Shown: positions 1-12,239 of the stretch, in pieces
Position numbering within the stretch: position 1 is the first letter of the stretch
Layout of the letters: every line of letters starts with the position of its first letter
Source: Mobula hypostoma
Lineage: Eukaryota
Direction: 5' to 3'
Length of the DNA stretch: 64,000 nucleotides
Assembly: GCF_963921235.1 (NCBI RefSeq)
Contig: NC_086097.1
Coordinates: 90,212,001 to 90,276,000 of the forward strand
The notes under the pieces: generated by a model
The model's input: the letters and a program-made list of their open reading frames with translations, nothing else
What the model was told of the DNA's origin: nothing
Database searches by the model: none
Translations under genes and position numbers: made by a program

Positions 1-848
1 CTCCTGGCACTTATCCGTGTAAGCAGAACAAGTGCTACACATGCCCTTACACTTCCTCCCTTACCACCATTCAGGGCCCCAAACAGTCCTTCCAGGTGAG
101 GCGACACTTCACCTGTGAGTCGGCTGGGGTGATACACTGCGTCCGGTGCTCCCGATGTGGCCTTTTATATATTGGCGAGACCCGACGCAGACTGGGAGAC
201 CGCTTTGCTGAACATCTACGCTCTGTCCGCCAGAGAAAGCAGGATCTCCCAGTGGCCACACATTTTAATTCCACATCCCATTCCCATTCTGACATGTCTA
301 TCCATGGCCCCTTCTACTGTAAAGATGAATCCACACTCAGGTTGGAGGAGCAACACCTTATATTCCGTCTGGGTAGCCTCCAACCTGATGGCAGGAACAT
401 CGACTTCTCTAACTTCTGCTAAGGCCCCACCTCCTCCTCATACCCCATCTGTTATTTATTTTTATACAGACATTCTTTCTCTCACTCTCCCTCCGGCCCT
501 CTGACTATACCCCTTGCCCATCCTCTGGGTTTTTCCCCCCCTCCCCCTTTTCCTTCTCCCTGGGCCTCCTGTCCCATGATCCTCATATATCCCCTTTGCC
601 AATCAACTGTCCAGCTCCTGGCTCCATCCCTCCCCCTCCTGTCTTCTCTTATCATTTTGGATCTCCCCCTCCCCCTCCCACTTTCAAATCTCTTACTAGC
701 TCTTCTTTCAGTTAGTCCTGACGAGGGGTCTCGGCCCGAAATGTCGACTGTACCTCTTCTTAGAGATGCTGCCTGGCCTGCTGCGTTCACCAGCAACTTT
801 GATGTGTGTTGTTTGAATTTCCAGCATCTGCAGAATTCCTGTTGTTTA
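1..848 (+). mobile_element. Penelope-like retroelement, 3' part (GIY-YIG endonuclease plus 3' tail/pLTR), cut by the window start
   Basis: ORF 96-422 reads GVIHCVRCSRCGLLYIGETRRRLGDRFAEH...VATHFNS...RLEEQHLIFRLGSLQPDGRN, a PLE-type GIY-YIG domain. It is followed by a pyrimidine-rich tail and is nearly identical to 7773-8590. Confidence 0.9.
714..749 (+). ncRNA. Minimal type-I hammerhead ribozyme motif in PLE tail
   Basis: AGTC-CTGACGA-G-GGGT-CTCG-GCCC-GAAA-T-GTC-GACT: core CUGANGA and GAAA, stem II GGGU/GCCC, stem I AGUC/GACU, GUC cleavage triplet. Confidence 0.7.
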
Positions 849-974
849 GGATGAGAGGGGAATGGAGGGCTGTGATCCGGGTGCAGGTAGATGGTACCAG
901 AGAGAATGCCTAGTTGGCATGGACTAGATGGGCCAAAAGGTCTGTTTCTGTGCTGAGGTACTTTATGACTCTAT
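849..974 (+). mobile_element. CR1 LINE 3' end fragment
   Basis: GGCATGGACTAGATGGGCCAAAAGGTCTGTTTCTGTGCTG...TATGACTCTAT resembles the CR1 3' terminal hairpin and short-repeat tail. Confidence 0.55.
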
Positions 975-1249
975 CCTGGTCATACATGTCCTTGGGTATA
1001 TGACAAGAAACTCTATTTTTAAATTGACTTTATCTTTCATTATTCCCTTCAAGTGTAGATTAATCCTGTTCTACGGAATGTTTTTTCAATTATTTCTCTA
1101 CCAATGGAGTTAAGAGTCATTGGCCTCTAACTGCCCTTCTTGAATAAAGGCATCATCTTTGCTGTCCTGAAGTCAGCTGGCACACTTTTGTGGCTGGAGA
1201 ACATATGAAAAACTTAGTCAGGGATTTTTGTCCCCTGCATCCAGTATTA

Positions 1250-1895
1250 AATTTACTATTGTGACAGGTACTAAGGTACAGCAATGAAGTTGTCCTGCAT
1301 ACTGTTCATATCGATCAAATCATTACAAAGTGCACTGAGGTAGTAATAACAGAATGAAGTGTAATAGCTTTAGAGAAAAGGAGCAGGTAGACAATAATAT
1401 CTAAGATCATAACAAGGTAGATACTAGGGAACCATTCAATAGTCTTTTAACGGACAAAAACAGTCCTTGAGCCAGCTAGTTTGTGCTTTCAAACTTTCGT
1501 AACTACTGTGCAATAGGAGAAGGGAGAAGAGAGAAGATCTGGCTGGGTGGGTCTTTGATAACACTGGCTGGTTTACCAAAGCAGCAAAAGGTGCAGTGAA
1601 AGTCCATAGAACGGAGGCTGGTTTCCATAATGTGCTGAGCTGTGTCCATGAGTTTCAGCATTTTATTGCAGACATGGGCAGAGCAGATTCCATCCCAAGC
1701 CATGATGCATCCGGATAGCTTGCTTTCAGTGACACATCAATAAGCATTCATAAGGGTCAATTGGGAAATGCCAAATTCCTTGAGCCACTTGAGGATGTAG
1801 GGGCGTTGGTGAGCTTTCTTTGCCCTGCTGCCAACATGGTTGGACCAAGGCAGGCATTTGGTGACGTTCATTCCTTGGAACTGAAAGCTCTCGAC
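1250..1895 (-). mobile_element. Rex1/Babar-like LINE 3' fragment, decayed
   Basis: Minus-strand remnants (ORF 1503-1703, ...DTAQHIMETSL...KPASVIKDP) match the RT C-terminus of the other Rex1-type copies in the window. Confidence 0.55.
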
Positions 1896-1914
1896 CTTAG
1901 CACTGTTGGTATAA

Positions 1915-3362
1915 GACCTGGATGCAAATTAGGCCATTCAGCACATTGTCTGCTCCACCACTCTATCGTGGTTGATCCATTTTCCCCCTCAATCCCATTC
2001 TTCTGCCTTCTCCCCATAACCTTTGATGCCCTGATTAATCAAGAACCTATCAACCTTCACTTTATGTATACTCAATGACTTGGCCTCCACAGCCATCTGT
2101 GGCAATGAATTCCACAGATTCTCCACCCTCTGGCTAAAGGAATTCCTCCTCACCTCTCTTCTAAATGGATGTGCCTCCACTCTGAGGCTGTGTGCTCTGT
2201 TCCTTAACTTACCCACTGTAGGAAACATCGTCCCCACATCCATTCTATCTAGATTTCAATGAGATCCCACTTCATTGTTCTAAACTCCATTGAGTATGGG
2301 TCCAGAGCCATCAAACGCTGCTTATTTGTTAACCCTTTCATTCCCAGAATCATTCTCATGAACCTCCTCTGGATCTTCTCTAATGCCATCACATCTTTTT
2401 TGAGATAAGAAGTCAAAACTGCTTCCACTACTCCAAGTGTGGTCTTACCAATGCCTTATAAGGCCTCAGCATTATATTCTTGTTCTTATATTCCAAACCT
2501 CTGGATATCAATGCTAACAATGCATTTGCTTTCCTTACCACTGACTCAACCTGTGTTAACATTTAGGGAATCCTGCACAGGGACTCCCAAGTCCCTTTGC
2601 ACCTTGATTTTTGAATTTTCTCTCTGTTTAAAAAATAGTTTATTCCTTCTACCAGCGTGTGCGACCAGACATTTTCCTACTCTATATTCTATCTGCCACT
2701 TCTTTGCCCGTTCACCCAATCTAAGTTTTTTTACAGACTCTCTGCTTCCTCAACACTACCTACCCTTCCACCTATCTTTGTATTTTCTGCAAACTTGACC
2801 ACAAAGCCATCAATTCCGTCATCCGAATCATTGATATATAATGTGAAAGGAAGCCGTCTTTATACCAACTCCTGTAGAACACCACTAATCACCAGATGCC
2901 AAACAGAATTGGCCCCTTATACTGCTATGCTTTGCCTCCTGCTAGTCAGTCAATCTTCTACCCATTCTGGTTTCTTTCCTGTGATACCAAGGGCTCTAAT
3001 CTTGTTAAGCAGCCTCATGTGCGGTACCTTGTCAAAGGCCTTCTGAAAATCCATTTAGGCAATATCCACTGACTCTTCTTTGCCTATTCTGTCTGTTAGT
3101 TCCTCAAAGAATTCCCACAGATTTGTCAAACAAGATTTCCCCTTAAAGAAAGCGTGCTGACTTTGGCCTATTTTATCACGTACCTCCAAATACCCTGAAA
3201 CCTCATTCTTAATAGTGGAAACCAACATCTTCCCAACCACTGAAGTCAGGATAATTGGCCTATAATTTCCTTTCTTCTCCTTCCCTCCTTTCTTAAAGAG
3301 TGGGCTGATATTTGAAATTTCCAGTCTTCCAGAACCATTCCAGAATCCATTGATTCTTGAAA
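1915..3362 (-). mobile_element. CR1 LINE, 5'-truncated RT region, decayed
   Basis: ORF 1989-2243 (HSLRV...RRNSFSQRVENLWNSLP) and ORF 3055-3240 (SQHAFFKGKSCLTNLWEFFEE) are typical CR1 ORF2 motifs. Confidence 0.85.
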
Positions 3363-4866
3363 GAAACTTGGTTGGTCAAAATTCTGTAACTATGTAACTA
3401 TGAACATTGTGGGAGAGCTTGTGCCACATGCCATGTAGTGGTTTAATAATGGGATTCACAGCTCTTTCAATGGGCTTCTAGTGATGGATGATCATTTGAG
3501 AGATTGGACAAGGACATCTCCTTCATACATATGAAAATAAGCACGTTGCTATTTCTCACTTTACACATTCTGGTAAAAGCAGATTGTATAAATTGTCAGA
3601 TTGTATAAATTTTCCGTGTTTCCATTTCCTGGATGCCTCAATCAACAATCATTGCACAAAAGGCTGTAAAAGGGAAAGTTGTTATCCCGCAAGATAGAGT
3701 CAATCTTAACAGATTCAACAGACCCTCCTGGATTTGACCAAGCATAAGCAGGAAGTTTCTTCTCTCCCTTCCCCCACCCACACACACACACACACCCTGC
3801 CACAAGCAGATCTGTAAAGGAAAGTCTCATATGCTGCTGTCCAACCAGAAGCAGCCCCACCTGTTTCATACCATCCAGCAACAAACAGTGGGGGCAGAAA
3901 CCTGGAGCAAACCAGCAAGGTTAGATCCTCATAATATAATCTCACCAGGCGTAATCTTACCAGGAGAAGTCTTAGGAGAGTCTCCAGGGACAGACTCACC
4001 AGGACATTCTCTGAACTGAAGAATGGTCCTCATGGATGCAAGTTGAATGCAATCAATTGTAGTTTACATATACTATTACTTTTGGACAGTGAAGCAAGTC
4101 CATGTCTTTTTGAATTATGGGATGTGGCTTTGCCCTCACTATGAGGTGGATACTCAATATTTGATACTAATGTCCTGTGCAACCCTTGTGCCCCTGCAGT
4201 CATGTAGTGCTAGAAAGGCAAGTACAAAATGTAACTTGGTAATGTTCAATGTTCCAAAGGAGGCAACATGTCCAGGTAGCACGGTATGTGCAGTGAAATG
4301 ATTAGGCCATGAACCCCTTACTTGATGGTCCATAGCACAAGTAAAGGTTAGGAACCCCTGGATTAGAGGCATATCCTGCTTGTGGCGTTAAGTGGGACAA
4401 TGAAACTCCCAATTCACAAGTTATAAACCAAAGAGATTCATAACCTTCTAATGATGACTGCTTATTCAACTCAGGGACAGATTGAATGGAGCTAGCTAGA
4501 ACAAAATTCCATTTTTACTGTACCCTTGAGATATAAGGTAATAAAACAAAAATGAACATTGTTCCAAAGATTGAGATGTTACAACAGACTTCCCGAAATA
4601 TGCACTGTTTATTCATTCCATAGATGCTGCCCAACCTGCTGAGTTCCTCCAGTTTTTTTGTATGTGTGACTTCATCCGAAGAGTGAGTTGTAGGGAGTTG
4701 AGAGAGATAAGAGATGTTTGGGAAGAAATGTTGGAGCTTGGGCTTTGGCAGGATAAAGTGGCATTGCCAGTATTGGAGTTTAGAAAATGCAGTTGCCCAA
4801 GAGGCCAGAAATGGAGTAACACAAAATCTGATTGTGGGATTTGACACCAGGATGAAAATTTTAGTC

Positions 4867-5477
4867 TGAGGGGTGATTGATAAGTTCGTGGCCTACGGTA
4901 GAAGGAGTCAATTTTAGAAAACTTAGCACATTTATTTTTTCAACGAAGTCCCCTCCTACATGTACACACTCAGTCCAGCGGTCATGGAGCATACGGATCC
5001 CTTCTTTGCAGAAGTGGTCCACAGCAGGGGTGAATGATAAGTTTGTGGCCTAAGGTAGAAGAAGATGAGTTATTAACTTCAAACTTTCTGCATTATCACT
5101 CAAAGAGTTGAACTGCATGTGCATATAAAGAGAGCGTCTTGGACCTCTGGGTGGTCCACAGCAGGGATGATTGATAAGTTCGTGGCCTAAGGTAGAAGGA
5201 GGTAAGTTATGCAGCTCTTATTACATGCACATGCAGTTCAACCCTTTGAGTGAAAATGCAGGAAGTTTGAAGTTAATAACTCATCTTCTTCCACCTTAGG
5301 CCATGAACTTCATAATCACCCTGCCGTGGACCACTTCTGGAGGTCCAAGGCGCCAACTTCTACAAAGAGCTCCATGACCACTGGACTAAGTGTGTAAATG
5401 TAGGAAAAATAAATGTGCTAGGTTTTCTAAAATTGACTGCTTCTACCTTAGGCCACAAACTTATCAATCACCCCTCG
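4867..5477. mobile_element. Palindromic non-autonomous DNA transposon (mariner-type MITE)
   Basis: Starts TGAGGGGTGATTGATAAGTTCGTGGCC and ends GGCCACAAACTTATCAATCACCCCTCG followed by TA. It has long inverted arms, internal copies of the terminal motif and no ORF. Confidence 0.75.
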
Positions 5478-6404
5478 TACATGCATGGACAATCCTGCTC
5501 CATAAATAAATTCAGGGCCAAGTGTTTTTAGTTATTTTTAATGTCTTGCACTGTACTGCTGCCACAGACAACAAATTTCATGACATATTTATCATGAAAT
5601 TTTCATTTTGTGATAAAAAAAAACCTGATTCTGATTCTGACATTTTCTTAATACTGCTGGCAGGAGAGGGCGGTGGATGGGATGTCAATGTTAGGACTAA
5701 AATATGTTTTATATTATAAACTATGTTCTCTTGGGACAAGACACAAATTCAAGTTCTGCAAATACTGGCCATCAAGTTTTCTGAATGTCAGTGCAAGACT
5801 GGATCAGGCCCCAAGAGTGAACTATATGTTATCATTTACCTCTAGGCCTGTGTGAAAAGAATAGACATCATATCTTTCAAGCAGCCATGAGGAGAGAGGG
5901 GAAAAAAAAGATAAATGATAAAGTGAACTGCTTAGGCTGTGAAGAAAAATCAACATCAAGAGCCAACTGTGCTTGTGATGCTTCTTTCAATTGACACCAA
6001 CTACTCTGGGTCTAAGCCAAACATCTGTGTAGACTCCTGATCTTAAAGTGAAGGTAAAGTAATGTCTACATCCTATAGGTAAACCCATCGTCACAGTTAC
6101 AGTTGGTAGTTGCCAAGATAAATGCAGACGTGTCTTAGGGATGGCTCCTTCGCGTCTTAGTTAAGAGACCACCCACCCACCCCCAACCCAACTAGGGAAA
6201 TGGTCTATTTGCATCAAACCTGTCTCAATTTTGTACATTTAAATGATACCTCCTTGCATTCTTCTAAACTCTAGTGAATACGGATATAAAGTAGTTAGGC
6301 TAACATCTTCTCATTAGACAATTAGATCATTCCAGGAAAAAATCTAATGAACCTTTGCTGCCTTCACTCTATGGCAAGTATATAGATTCTTAAGTACACT
6401 TGCA

Positions 6405-6908
6405 ATGCTGGCTCTGGAAAGGGTCCAGAGTAAGCTTACGAGAATGATTCCAGGAATGGAAGGGTCAATGTATGCAGAGCATTTGGTGGCTCTGGATCTG
6501 TACTCGCTGGAGTTTAGAAGAATGATGGAGGAATCTCATTGAAACCTACCGAACATTGAAAGGCCTAATTAGAATGAATATGGAGAGGATGTTTCCAATA
6601 GTGGGAGAGTCTAGGACTAGAGGACACAGCCTCAGAGTACTGAGACATCCCTTTAGAACAGTAATGAGGAGGAATTTCTTTAGCCAGACGGAAGTGAATC
6701 TGTGGAATTTATTGCCATAGATGACTGTGAAGACCACACCATTGGCTATACTTAAAGCAGCGCTTTAAAGCAGGGCATCAAAGGTTACGGGAACAAGCCA
6801 GGAGAATGGGACTGAGAAGAAAAATAAATCAGCCATGATCAAATGGCAGAGTAGACCCCATGGAACAAATGGCCTAATTTTGCTCCTATGCCTTATGGTC
6901 TTATGGTA
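6405..6908 (+). mobile_element. CR1 LINE 3' fragment
   Basis: GAGTCTAGGACTAGAGGACACAGCCTCAG...AGGAGGAATTTCTTTAGCCAG...GTGAATCTGTGGAATT, ending in a CTTATGGTCTTATGGT tail. Confidence 0.8.
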
Positions 6909-6924
6909 AGGAGACCAAAACTGC

Positions 6925-8590
6925 ACCCCTCCACCACCACTCTGCTCCATCTAGCAGAATTAGTCCTTACTCTTAATAATTTCTCCTTTGGCTCCTCCCA
7001 CTTCCTCCAAACTAAAGGTGTAGCTATGGGCACCTGAATGGGTCCCAGCTATACCAGTCTTTTTGTTGGCTTTGTGGAACAATCTATGTTCCAAACCTAT
7101 TCTGGTATCTGTCCCCCACTTTTCCTTCGCTACATCGACGACTGCATTGGCGCTGCTTCCTGCACACATGCTGAGATCGTTGACTTCATTAACTTTGCCT
7201 CCAATTTTCACTGTGCCCTCAAGTTTATCTGGTCCACTTCCGACACCTTCCTCCCCTTTCTAGATCTTTCTGTCTCTGTCTCTGGAGACAGCTTATCCAC
7301 TGATGTCTACTATAAGCCTACTGACTCTCACAGCTATCTGGACTATTCCTCTTCTCACCCTGTCTCTTGCAAAAATGCCATCCCCTTCTTGCAATTCCTC
7401 CGTCTCCGCCGCATCTGCTCTCAGGATTAGGCTTTTCATTCCAGGACGAGGGAGATGTCCTCCTTTTTTAAAGAAAGGGGCTTCCCTTCCTCCACCATCA
7501 ACTCTGCTCTCAAATGCATCTCCTCCATTTCACGCACATCTGCTCTCACTCCATCCTCCTGCCACCCCACTAGGAATAGGGTTCCCCTGGTCCTCACCTA
7601 CCATCCCACCAGCCTCCGGGTCCAACATATTATTCTCTGTAACTTCCGCCACCTCCAACGGGATCCCACCACTAAGCACATCTTTCCCTCCCCACCCCCG
7701 CTTTCCGCAGGGATCGCTCCCTACACGACTCCCTTGTCCATTCATCCCCACCATCCCTCCCCACTGATCTCCCTCCTGGCACTTATCCTTGTAAGCAGAA
7801 CAAGTGCTACACATGCCCTTACACTTCCTCCCTTACCACCATTCAGGGCCCCAGACAGTCCTTCCAGGTGAGGCGACACTTCACCTGTGAGTCGGCTGGG
7901 GTGATATATTGCATCCGGTGCTCCCGATGTGGCCTTCTATATATTGGCGAGACCCGACGCAGACTGGGAGATCGTTTTGCTGAACACCTACACTCTGTCC
8001 ACCAGAGAAAGCAGGATCTCCCAATGGCCACACATTTTAATTCCACATCCCATTCCCATTCTGACATGTCTATCCATGGCTTCCTCTACTGTAAAGATGA
8101 ATCCACACTCAGGCTGAAGGAACAACACTTAATATTCCCTCTGGGTAGCCTCCAACCTGATGACATGAACATTGACTTCTCTAACTTCCGCTAATGCCCC
8201 ACCTCCCCCTCATACCCCATCTGTTATTTATTTATATACACACATTCTTTCTCTCTCTCTCCTTTTTCTCCCTCTGTCCCTCTGACTATACCCCTTGCCC
8301 ATCCTCTGGGTATTTCCCCCCTCCCCCTTTTCCTTCTCCCTGGGCCTCCTTTCCCATGATCCTCTCATATCCCTTTTGCCAATCACCTGTCCAGCTCTTG
8401 GCTCCATCCCTCCCCCTCCTGTCTTCTCCTATCATTTTTGATCGCCCCCTCCCCCTCCCACTTTCAAATCTCTTACTAACTCTTCCTTCAGTTAGTCCTG
8501 ACGAAGGGTCTCAGCCCGAAACGTCGACTGTACCTCTTCCTAGAGATGCTGCCTGGCCTGCTGCGTTCACCAGCAACTTTGATGTGTGTT
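6925..8590 (+). mobile_element. Penelope-like retroelement, 5'-truncated (RT C-terminal part, GIY-YIG, tail), with stops and frameshifts
   Basis: LVLTLNNFSF...GVAMGT*MGPSY, FLRYIDDCIG, LPFLDLSV, VYYKPTDSHSYLDYSSSHP, then GIY-YIG ORF 7868-8194. The tail matches 423-810. Confidence 0.92.
8494..8529 (+). ncRNA. Minimal type-I hammerhead ribozyme motif (best-preserved copy)
   Basis: AGTC-CTGACGA-A-GGGT-CTCA-GCCC-GAAAC-GTC-GACT with all core nucleotides present. Confidence 0.75.
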
Positions 8591-9483
8591 ACACGGTATT
8601 CCAGGCGTCTATAATTAATGGAAGAATTCCTTGCCCCTTTACCAAAAACATTTTGCAATGAAAGCTAACATACCATTTGCCTTCTTAATTGTTTTTCGTG
8701 CCTTTATGTTTGCTTCCAGTGACTGCCGTAAGGAACACCTAAATCCCTTTGTACATTATCATTTCCTAACCTATTATTTTTTATTTGTATTATTTGTCAT
8801 TGTTTTTTCTACCAAAGTGGACAACTTTACACTTATCCAGTCATAGGGTTCCACAGCACAAACCAGATCCTTCTGCCCATCTAGTCCATGCTGCCCAGTC
8901 CCACCTACCCGCAGCCAGAGCACAGCCCTCCACACCTCTCTCGTCTATGTACTTATCCAAACTTCTCTTAAATGTTACAGTTACATGCTGATCTGTTGTG
9001 TATTTCACCATGCAATCAACTGTTTTAAATTGCCTTGAAACCTCTTTAAATTTTCCAAAAACAAATTCCACCCAATTTCATGTAATTGGAAAACTTCAAA
9101 ATACTGTATTACATTTAGTTCCTTAATCTGAATCAATGAGATGATATAGTGATTAACAGCGTGATCTCTGCATTACCCCATTGGTTATTGCCTACTCTCA
9201 TTTACTCATACTCTCAATTTCCACTTGTGTAAATAAGTTTCCAATTAATCTCAATATCCTATCTTCAAATCTTCACTGCAAATAGAATTGAACGCTGCAA
9301 TGGGAAGATAATAGATAAAGCAGTTCTGCAGCAGGAGTTCATCGGGACAGTGGCAATGTCTCTTGGCTGCCAGGATTCAGCTAAATCCAGAGAACAATGC
9401 TGAAGGCTAAAGTCCAGAGGTAGAGGGTGAGTCTGGGCCAGGGACTGGAGGTTGGAGGTCTGATGTCTGCAAAGTTGAGAGTC

Positions 9484-9804
9484 CTTTGTAGTCATTTTTT
9501 GTTCACGTATAGAGCAGCGGAGTTAACGACAAATAATAATTTTGGCTGATGTAATATGACAGCCCAAGCTTTGTTTTTTTTAGTTTAGGGCTTTTTTTTC
9601 TCTTTATAAAATATCTTTTTTTCATGGTTAGTTACTAAGAGATTGGGAGGCTAAAATACATTTGTTACTTGGAATCTGTGCTTGTACATGTTAACCATTA
9701 TTAATGTAATCCTGATCTCTTTGTATCATTATTGTTATTACTGTTATGTTTATTAATTTTGAAACTTAATAAAAAGATTGAAAAAGAAAAAAAGAAAGAG
9801 AGTC
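9484..9804 (+). mobile_element. Poly(A)-tailed retroposon 3' end (L1/Tx1-like UTR) with 7-bp TSD
   Basis: T-rich body, AATAAA, A-rich tail AAAAAGAAAAAAAGAAA, flanked by GAGAGTC at 9477-9483 and 9798-9804. Confidence 0.5.
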
Positions 9805-9855
9805 TGGGGCCTAAAACTGGAGGCCTAGAGGTGACCTGTCCCGCGTTTAGAGGCC

Positions 9856-10118
9856 TGTGTGTGTGTGTGTGTGTGAGGCAGTGGGACGGTTTTGCTGTTG
9901 TTATCGTCTTTGTTCTGTTGTTGTTGTTGTTACTGCTTGTGTTGTGTTGTTGTTGCGTTGTTACTGTGTGGAACATTGTGGGCATGCTGTGCTGGTACCA
10001 GAATGTGTGGCAATACTTGTGGGCTGTCCCAGTGCATCCTTCGATGTGGCGGGTGTTAACATAAACGATGCATTTCACTGTGTGCTTCTGAATGTATGTA
10101 TAAATCTGAATCTGAAAT
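9856..10118 (+). repeat. (TG)n/(TTG)n-rich SINE or LINE-tail remnant ending in TCTGAA repeats
   Basis: Microsatellites followed by a segment similar to 57010-57150 (GGGCATGCT..GTGCCAGAAT...CATTTCACTGTGTG) and a TCTGAATCTGAA tail. Confidence 0.45.
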
Positions 10119-12239
10119 CAATCCCACATGTGTAAAATTAAAGCACTAACCTCTCAAGCAGACTGGACCAAAGGCCTTTATTTTATGCTAGTAATGTCAG
10201 ACTAAAGAGCCTGTAATTCCCTGTTTTCACTCCACCATTTCTTTAAGTGGTCATGTTATATTTGCCAGTCTGTTATCTGAAGAACTCTTTCCATAACCCA
10301 TTTTGTAAACTGACAGCCAGTATCTTTGTTATTCATTGATGAGCTGATAAGTTCTTCCAGATATTGTGGCCAACATTTAACCCTTAAACAACTTCACCAA
10401 CTAAAAATAAACGAATGTCTGATTATCATGAAGTTATTTCCAAGAACTTTTCTGTGTACAGGTTAGCTGCTATATCTCCAACTTTTCAACAGTCAAAACA
10501 AATCACAAGTGAAACTCAGTCACAGGCTGTAAGAGCATAATGGAGGCACACACGCTGTGATTTCTGCAGCAAAGTAGGCTTGTATAGATGACCAATAAAA
10601 AGGACAGGGTGGGTCTGACTTCAGTTCCCTTCACATGTAATTATAGGCCATTGGGCTTAACACTGGCAGCTACAGAATGAGGAGTCAAAGATTTCAGCAG
10701 AAATAATGTGCTCACAAAACCCCAAGTGATCCATGAGAATGTTATTAAACGACACCTGGCATTGAGCCCCATAATGAGATATTGGAGTGAGTGACTAAAA
10801 CCAGAATCAAGAAGGCATCCAAGATAGGACAGAAAGATCTGGGATCGGTGGGTGGAAAAGTTCAAGAGCATGGATCCTGACAGGTGGAGGCACAGCTGCC
10901 ACTGAAAATTAAGGATCACGTGAGATCAGAATTGAAACAATATAGAGATTGGAGAGGGCAGTGTGTCTCAATGAAGAGGGGTGAAGGACTGAGACGGTGG
11001 AAGGATTAAAAATAAGAGTGAGACTTCCAAGATCTGAAGAGGACTCTGGGAAAGTTGGGATATCGGCAGTACGGCAGCAGTGTTTTAGAAGAGCTCATGT
11101 TTATGGAGGAAGCTAAGTGGGAGACCAGCCAAGAGGGAGAGAAGAATAATGAGCGGCAGGTTGAAATGTAACAGAGCAGAAATAACAACTGCAGCAATTT
11201 GTACGGCACATTTAACACAGCAAAATCATTCCGGGGTACTCTTCAATAGATTTATCAACCAGAAGAAAGAGGCCCAATCACATCAAAAGATATTAAGACA
11301 GATAAAAACTTAAATCGACAATGTAGGTTTGACAGAGGAAAATTAGACAGTGTACAGTATCTGGAGAGTTTGGGGCATGAATTCCAAAGTTTAGTGCCTT
11401 GAGAGCTACAGTGTGAAGTGATAAAATTCTGGGTTGCTAAAGGCAGCAGAATCAGAGGTGCACATGTTGCAAATGATAGGGCTGGTGGAATTGCGTAGAA
11501 AAGGAGGGTGCCATTAATAAAGTATTTGAAAATAAGGATGGGAAATCTGAAACAATGTGTTGCTGAACTGTAAGGATTGCTAGCCAAAAACTCTGTATGA
11601 GTTACTTCAATGGAATTGATGGGGTTAACTGTGTTTGTCAGAGTAAACTGAAAATTCTGCTGTGTTATTTTTAGCGACAGTGGGTCTCTAATGATTAATG
11701 AAAAAAAAATGAATTACAAGGCCTGCATTGTTTTCTCTGTCTGTCTACACATGTCCTGCCCCTGGGCCTGAAACCTAATTCCCAGCTGCAGCCTGCCCTT
11801 TGTATGAGCTGGGGTCAGCAGAATATCAAGATATGCCCAGAATCACCAACTTGACTTTAACCCTTCACGAACTGAGTTCCAACTGGAGCATTTCAGACCA
11901 GCAAGAGAACTGAGAGTACTGAATTTAAAACAGGCATTTCTGCAGCCTCCATCTCCATTCTTAGATGGGACAATACTTGATCAATCATTGGGGTGTAAAT
12001 ATGCTTGCCAAAGTTGCATAACTATGTGGCCTCATTTTATCATCAACACCACCTTGCTGTATTTGCATTTGCCCCAAGCACTTTGGCTCTTGTTCTCAAT
12101 TTCAATGATGATATTGAATGTTGAATTGGAAGGATTCCAACACTTCATAATTACTGACCTTTGTCATAGAAGTGCCTGGGAGTAGACTACACTTTGTGTG
12201 GTTTTCCGCATTGACTAACTAGCCTTGCCTTGGTATTCA

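Noticed and set aside
482..854. Recurring ORFs in PLE tails (also 8194-8661 and 36600-36993) as a novel protein family
   Set aside because: They are translations of the low-complexity non-coding tail, and recur only because the repeat recurs.
9701..10135. Hydrophobic or poly-Q/N ORFs
   Set aside because: They arise from (TG)n and (TTG)n microsatellites.
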